Assembly (NCBI GenBank): GCA_963625935.1
Contig: CAVFVD010000009.1
Span: 4,094-68,093, forward strand
From: an uncultured Oscillospiraceae bacterium
Lineage (GTDB): Bacteria; Bacteroidota; Bacteroidia; Bacteroidales; Bacteroidaceae
Length of the DNA stretch: 64,000 nt
Reading direction: 5' to 3'
Position 1 is the stretch's first letter. Every line of letters starts with the position of its first letter. Below, piece after piece: positions 1 to 7,000 of this stretch. A program made the translations under genes and the position numbers. Under the pieces are notes generated by a model. It made no database searches and was not told the DNA's origin. It saw only the letters and a program-made list of their open reading frames with translations.

Positions 1-1042
1 TCAAAACCGAAGCGCATCTCTCCCGCCATGTGGTCGGGACGCTCAATGAAATACCCGTTGTAGTCCATTGGGAGACGCTTTGTCTTGCTCTCGCCTTTCT
101 CGCGATACTCCGCCGTGCGCTCCACGCCTACTGCGCTTGCGTCTATTGCCTGCGCGGACTTTTGCCCGTTCACGCGCTTGCGTATGACGATAATGTCGGA
201 CGTTACGGGCGTGCCGCCGAACGTCTTGTTGTTCAGTCTGAACGCGCCGATGAAGTCCGCGCCGCCCGCGCCCGTCACCCACTCGCGCAGGGCTTTGCCG
301 CTGTCAAGCGTGGCGTTGGACGTGATGAATATGCCTATGCCGCCCTCGCGCAGCTTGCGCACGTTCTTTGCGATGCAGAAGTCCTGTATCTTGCGGAATT
401 TCTTGGAAAGGTCGCCGTCGCCCGTGGTGTCGTTGACGCGCAAGTCCGCCACGAAAGGCACGTTGGTTATCGCCAAGTCCACGCTTCCGTTGGGGATGCG
501 CGTCTCCTCAAAGCCTTGTATCTCCACTTGCGCGTCGGGGTAGAGCAGGGAGAGGATGCCGCCCGACGTGCTGTCTATCTCTATGGCGCGGATGTCGCTC
601 CGCCCGCTCATCTCCGTGGGCATCTGCCCCAAGATGTTGCCTATGCCAGCCGAACCCTCCAAGACGCTGCCGCCCTTGAAGCCGAGCTTCGCCGCGATGT
701 CCCAAAGCGTGTCCACAACGCTCGCGGGGGTGTAGTACGCGCTCTTTGAGCTAAGCACGGCTTGCCCGTAGGCTTCCTCCCCGAGAAGCTCGCGTATCCT
801 TTTGTTGCGCTCGCGCTGCTTCCAGTCGCGGCTCGCTTCGTTGAACGCCGCGCCCAAGCCGCCCCAGCCGCTGAAGCGGCGAAGCACGCCCATCTGCTCG
901 GGCGTGGCGGTCTCGCCGCTCCCGAGCAACTCCTGCGCCAGCTCAATTGCCTTGATGTTGGCGTCAATGCGCGCGTCAACCGATTTCGGGGCGTGGTCTT
1001 CGCCGCGCTCCGAATGGTTGTTGCGTTTGTTCTTCCTTTCGC
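1..1042 (-). other. N6-adenine DNA methyltransferase module of the giant ORF (partial)
   Basis: Translation ...NIKAIELAQELLGSGETATPEQMGVLRRFSGWGGLG...VLEGSAGIGNILG (motif I, about 636-663) and DLAITNVPFVADL (motif IV, about 451-471). The frame is continuous with the giant ORF, and there is no ATG near its start. Confidence 0.75.
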
Positions 1043-4000
1043 TTAGTCCAGAAAGTCCGACTTGCAGAGACCCATTTTCCCGAGTGCCAAGTCCTCGTCC
1101 TCCAGCGTCAGCTCTTCCACTTTCTTGCCCAGTTCCTTGGCTACGGCTTCTTTCGCCGCCGCGTAGTCCTTGTTGTTGTCCACTTCCGTCGGTTGGCAGT
1201 CCTTCGGGGCGTACTCCCGCATGATGTCGTTCCAGTCCATTGTCTTGCTCTTTATTTGTTTCTGATGTGTCGGTCAAGCCTGCGAACAAGTCGCCCGCAG
1301 CCTGCCCCTCTTTTTCTTTTTTGCCGCCGTTCGCTTTCTTGTCAGAGGATTTTGGCGTTACTTTGCCACGCGGTTTGTCAGTGTGCCGCGCAGCTTGCAC
1401 TTCATTCGTCGGAGCTATAGCGCTTACGCCTCCGTCAGCTGACATCTCGTCGTACGCCGTCAAGACCCAGTTCTTGGCGGCTATTTTCTTGCCGCCCTCT
1501 CTGACGTTCTTGCGGATGGTGACGACCTTGCCGTCTTTCTTGAACACGACTTTGTCGCCGTTCTCAAACGAGACTTCGCCCGTCTTGATGATTTCGTCAA
1601 TGGCGCGCGCGGCTTCGCTCGCCGTGGGGAAGCTTTTCCCCTCCCCGACGTGCTTGCCCAGAATGTGGGCGAAACCGCCGCGCTCGTCTCCCCATACGAC
1701 ATCAATCTCGCCCACTCCGTCACGCGAGAACACCCCGAGCAAGTCTCCGCCTTTGCGTGAGGTCAAGAATGCAGCCGCTTCCTGCGGCTTTCCCTTGAAT
1801 TGGTCGTACACGTCGCCGAACGTTCCTTTGCCTACGGGTTTAATGCCCTCCGGGGCGGGAACGGCCTCCGGCTTCGTGGAATATTTGTATCCTGCAAACG
1901 CATCACTTCCTATATACGGGAAGAATACATTTTCCGCCCACTTGTTGGCTCTTTCAGCATCGCCGCCAAATGTATTGCGGATGATGTCACCCAGTGCGTG
2001 ATACCATTTATACGCTTCTTCCGTATCGCCCTTGTCAATGGCTTCTTTGTAGAACTTAGCCCAATTGTGTCCGTTCCCTTTCAAAACTTCCCCAATCAGC
2101 TCATCGTCCGTTCTCCTCTTTCCTTTTGCCGCGTTTGCTTCACGCTCTGCCTTGGCTTCCTCGTTATGCTTCGTCGCGGCTTCATCGGCAAAAGTAGCGT
2201 CTGCGCCCGTTTGGGCAAAGCCCGTGTCCGTCTGCTTCTGCTTCTCCTGCTCCTTGCGCCGCTCGTTGCGCTTGTCCTTGATAGCCTTTCCAGCCTTTTC
2301 CGCTTCGGCTTCCGCCTTGCTCTCCGCAGCGACCATCTCCGCTTGGGCGAAAACGTCCTTGCTCGGCTTGTCAAAGTTGGCGGTGTCAAAGGCTCGCACC
2401 TCGTCGTAAGGGGTAAGCCCCTCCGCATACTCTGCCATCTCGGGCAGGTCACGCGCCCCGTTGTAGAAAGCTTTGAGGTACGGGCGTACCGCTTCGCCCA
2501 AGTCGGCAATCATATCCTTTGCAAACTCGGCAAACTTACGCGCCCCCTTTTCTATGTGGTACACCGCCATCTCCGTGCCGATAGCGAGTATCTCGGGGTC
2601 AACGCCCATATTGAGCTGCCCGCGCAGCTTGGCTCTCATCCGCTTCTTCAGCTCCTCGTAACGCTCGTCCGTCACAAGCTTGTTGCCGCTCGGGTTTTCC
2701 TTGAGCTGCTCCGCCTTGGGCTGCTCCGCCTTGGTTTCGGACGTGTTCCCCTCTGCGGAATGCTCCGTTTTGGGCGCGTCCTTGGGCGCGGGGCCGTTCT
2801 TTGAAAGGTACTCCGCGTAGTCGTACGCCGTCTTTCCGAGGAAATACCCGTTTACCACATAGTCCACCTTGCGCGGGTGCGTCTCCTCCCAACGCCGCTG
2901 CTCCGCCCCGGACATGGCGTTCCACCTGCGCGGGTGCGGCTGGTCATAGGGTTTCTTCTCAAAGACGAGGTCGCCCGCCGCGTGGTGCTTCTCTATGTAC
3001 TCGGCGATGGTCATCGCGCCCTCTTCGCCAAATTTTACGGATTTCCCCAGTGCTTTGTCCGCAGACGACGCCTGCAGCGCGGTCTTCCCTTTGAGGAAAC
3101 CGTTGTGCTTCCGCTCAAGTTCCTTTTTCCTCTGCGCCTTGGCTTCCTCCGCCTCCTTGCGCTGCTGGTTGTCCTTGGCAGCCAAGAGGGTGAACCGCAA
3201 GTCGCTCAACTCCTCTGCGGCTTGGTTGACGCGCTTAATGTAGTCCGAGTATTCCGTCCGCAGTTCTTCGCCTGCCTGCTGTTCGCTCATCTCGCCCGCA
3301 GCCACCTTTTTGAGGAGCGCGTCGCGCTTCGCCCTGAACGCCGCGGCTTCGGGGAAGAGTTCCGCTTCCTCCGCCGTGTTGTAGTGCAAGGCATTGTCAA
3401 GGAGTTTCTCGCGCTTCTCCATCTCGCTGATGTCCGAATCCGCCGTCCATTCTTTGCGCTCGTACGCGGGCTTCTTCCCGCCGTCCTCCTCCTCGTGCGT
3501 CTCCGTCTTCACCGCGTCGCGCATGTCCTTGGCAGAGAGCGGCTGGTTGTCCGCCACGGCTTCCGGGTTCGCCGCTATCTCGGCGGCTTTCCGCGCGTCC
3601 TCTTCCGTGCGGAACATCCACCCGCCGCTCTTGCGGTCTTTCCATCCGCGTGCGGGGGCGAAACGCCCCTTGCCAGTCCGCTCCTTGGCAAACTCGCTGA
3701 CGGCGCGTGCCTGCTCCTCCGTCAGCTCCTTTTCAAAGGTGAGCAAATGCACATCGCTCGTCTTGCCTTTCTTGTTGGTGTAGGTCGCGGGAGCGATGGT
3801 GTAGCCCTTGCCCTCGGTTTGCTTGACCCCATCTTTTGCAGGAGATTTCTCGGAAATTTCTTGCACTTTTGGGGAATTATGGTCACTTTTGCCATCGGAT
3901 ATATCAGACGAATTGATACCGTGCAAGGCAAGCTGATTGTCGTCAGAGGTAGGCTTGTTCGAATCGTCAAGAGGTAATGACTCCTCGCTCTGCGCAACGG

Positions 4001-7000
4001 ATGCAGACTGATTTTCCACAGAAGTACTTCTATCTAAGACATTCGCGAGAATGTCACGATAAAGGGCAATACCTCCGTGAGGCTGAAACGCTGCGGTTTG
4101 AAGGGTATTGCCCTTCTTTATTTTGTCGGCCACAAATACCTCATGCACATACAAACGATTTTTGTTTGTATCTTGCATAGCTCTACAAAATACATAACAA
4201 CGTTCCCCTTTATAATTTATCGGGTATGCGAAATAATGGTTGTTTACTCCTTCTTGACGAACAAAGTCAGGTAATGTTCCGAGATATACAGCATTCTCAA
4301 AACCATCAACCAAAGACGTAATCGCATCAAGTTTTGCTTGCCCATAACGATGAGCAAGTGAGTCTTCCATTGATGTGTTGTTTATTTCCACCTCTCCTGC
4401 CTCCGTGTCGTAGAACACTGGTTCCGGGACATTTTCGTTCCACCATTTCTCTGCGGCTTTTCTTGCAGACATTTCGGCAGTAGCTACGATTTGTCCTTCT
4501 GCCACGTCAACGGCATAGGCATCGCGCAGCATTTCTCCACGACGTTCCTTTTCCTCGTCTGACATAGTACGAGGGTCATGCAGCGTTACTGTCTGTCTGG
4601 GTTCGGTATTCTGTGAGGATAGCGAATGTTCGCCAGCTTCCTCTGTTTCTCCACTGCGCCCATCAGCGTCTGCAGCTTCCACAGCTTCTTCTGCGCGTCG
4701 CTTCCGTTCTGCGACTGCATTGCTGACTGCGTCCTGTTGTTCTTTTCCTGTTGCATTTCTGAAATATTCGTTTACACCTTTGAGTATTTCCTCCTTTGAG
4801 CGCAAGCCGCCGCTGAACATATCGGTCTGACCGCTTGCGGGGGCTTCCGCCTCGTTGTTGTAGAGAGCGAAGACCTTGCGCAAGTCGCTCGGCTTGCCGC
4901 TGTTCAGCACATCGGCAAGGAGAAGCACTGTCGCGTCCGTCACGCGGCTGTCGCCGTACTCCTCGTCAAACAGCCCCTGCTCCCGCCCGTAGGGGGACAC
5001 AGCCACGCCGTCGCGGTATATTCCGGGGTGCGCCGTCCTCGCGCGGTACACAAGGTCAACCGCCGCGCCCAGCTCTGCGCCCAAGTCATACCCGCTCGCG
5101 GCAAATGCGCGGTTGTGCGCAATCTCCCCAAGGGCAAGCGTCACGCTCTGGCGCAGAACGGGCGTGCTTATAATCTGCCGCACCGCGTCGGGCGAGGACT
5201 GAAACACCTTGCCTATAAGCGTGTTCTCTATCAGCTCGCGCCCCGCCGCGCTTAGCGAGTTGCCCGTGCGCAGCGCGGGAAGCTCCATCTCGTTGATTAC
5301 CCCCGCTTCGAGCAATAGCTGCAAGGCGGAGTTAGCCGCCGCCCCGTCCGCGTAATAGTCCGAAAGGCGGTCATAACGGCTGATGTCGCCCACAATGCGG
5401 GCGAACACGTTGTCCGGGACGACCTTTCCGAGCTTCACGGCGTGTTCGGGCTTGCTCTGCGCTTTCTTGTCCTGCGCGTTGAAACGTGCAAAAGTCGCCG
5501 CGTCGTAAGGCAACGCCTCGTCCGGGACAAACACCACGCGCGGATGCTCCATCCCGTCCACCTGCTCGGGCGTGAAGCCGTACATCGCGCCGTACTCCTT
5601 AAGGTGCGCCACATACGCGCCGTCCGTGCCTTGGCGTGCCGCGAGGTCGCCCGACATTGTGCGGTTGTTTCCAGAAAGCACAATGCCGTCTCCGCTCACC
5701 ACGACGGGGGACTGCAACGCACGCCCGTCATACGCGTCCGCCATCTCGCGCACCCTGCGCTGCGCGTCCGCATCGCGCTTGTAGTCGCGGTCGTTCACGC
5801 TGCCGCCGTTCTCGTCCACGGGGAAGCCCTCCGTCTGCTCAAAGCCGTTTTCCACGTCGTGGCTCGCAGTAGCCGCGCCAGCTTCCGTGAGGACATAATG
5901 CCCGCGCAATACCGTTCCGTCCTCAAGCGTGACTGCATGCGCGTTGCCCACAGCCTTGCGCGACTTGTCCCATTTCTCCTTAATTTTCGGGTTTACCGCG
6001 TGCGTGCCGACCTCGGCTTGCTCGGCGGCTTGCTCGGCGGCAATGCGCTTGTCCTCCGCAAGCTGCTCTTTCGCCGCTTCCACGCGCTCATCGAACTTCT
6101 TTCTCTGCTCCTCGCGCTCCGCCACGACGACCTTGTCCTGCTGGCGTTTCACTTCTTCCCAGTAGGCAAGCTCTGCTTCCGCTTCCTTTTTCGCCGCTTC
6201 GTACCGCGCTTTCTCCGCCTTGTACTTCTCAATGTCTGTCCCCATTTTGGGCTTGCGCAGACCCTTGCCTTTCGCCTTTGCTTCCGCCTCCTTGCGCTTG
6301 GCTTCCACAAAAGCGTCGGCCTCCTCCCTGTCAAGCCCGCTGTCCTTGTACACATAGCGGTGCGTCCGCTCGGGCGTTGCGGCGGAAAAATCCGGCGTCA
6401 TACGCCCGTCCTTTTCCTGCTTCATCGGCATAGCGTCCTCTTCGGGCTGCGGAGTTTCCTCCGTGTCCGCTGCTGGCGCGGCGGCTTCGCCGTTCTCCTC
6501 GCCTTGGGCAATTGGTGCTTCCTCCGGCACGCTTTCGCCGTTTTCCGCAACGGCGGGCGTGTTTCCCTCCGCCTGCACGCCGTTCCCGTCTGCCGCGCTC
6601 TCGTCCGCGCGTTCCCAGTAAAGGTTGCCGTCCTCGTCCGTCACGCGCTGCAAAGCCGCGTCAAAGTCCGCTTTCTCCATACGCGCGGACATGCGCCCGT
6701 CTGCCATCGGCTCTTCGGTGTTCACCACCACGCCACCGTCCTCGTCTATGTCCACAATCTCTCCGCTCGTGCCGTCGGCGAGGACAAACGTCTGACCTTT
6801 CTTGTAGCGCGGCTGCCCGTGCACGGCGGCGGCTTCTTGGCTCTCCGCCGCTTTCTTCTCCTCGTCGCGCTGGCGCGTGGCTTCCTTGCGGGACTTGTCC
6901 GCCGCCTGCTCTATCTCGTCACGGCTTACGCGCTCTATGGTGTTCCCGCCATCGGCGGACACGTTCACGGTGCCGTCGGCGTTCTCCGTGTTGCCGTCTT

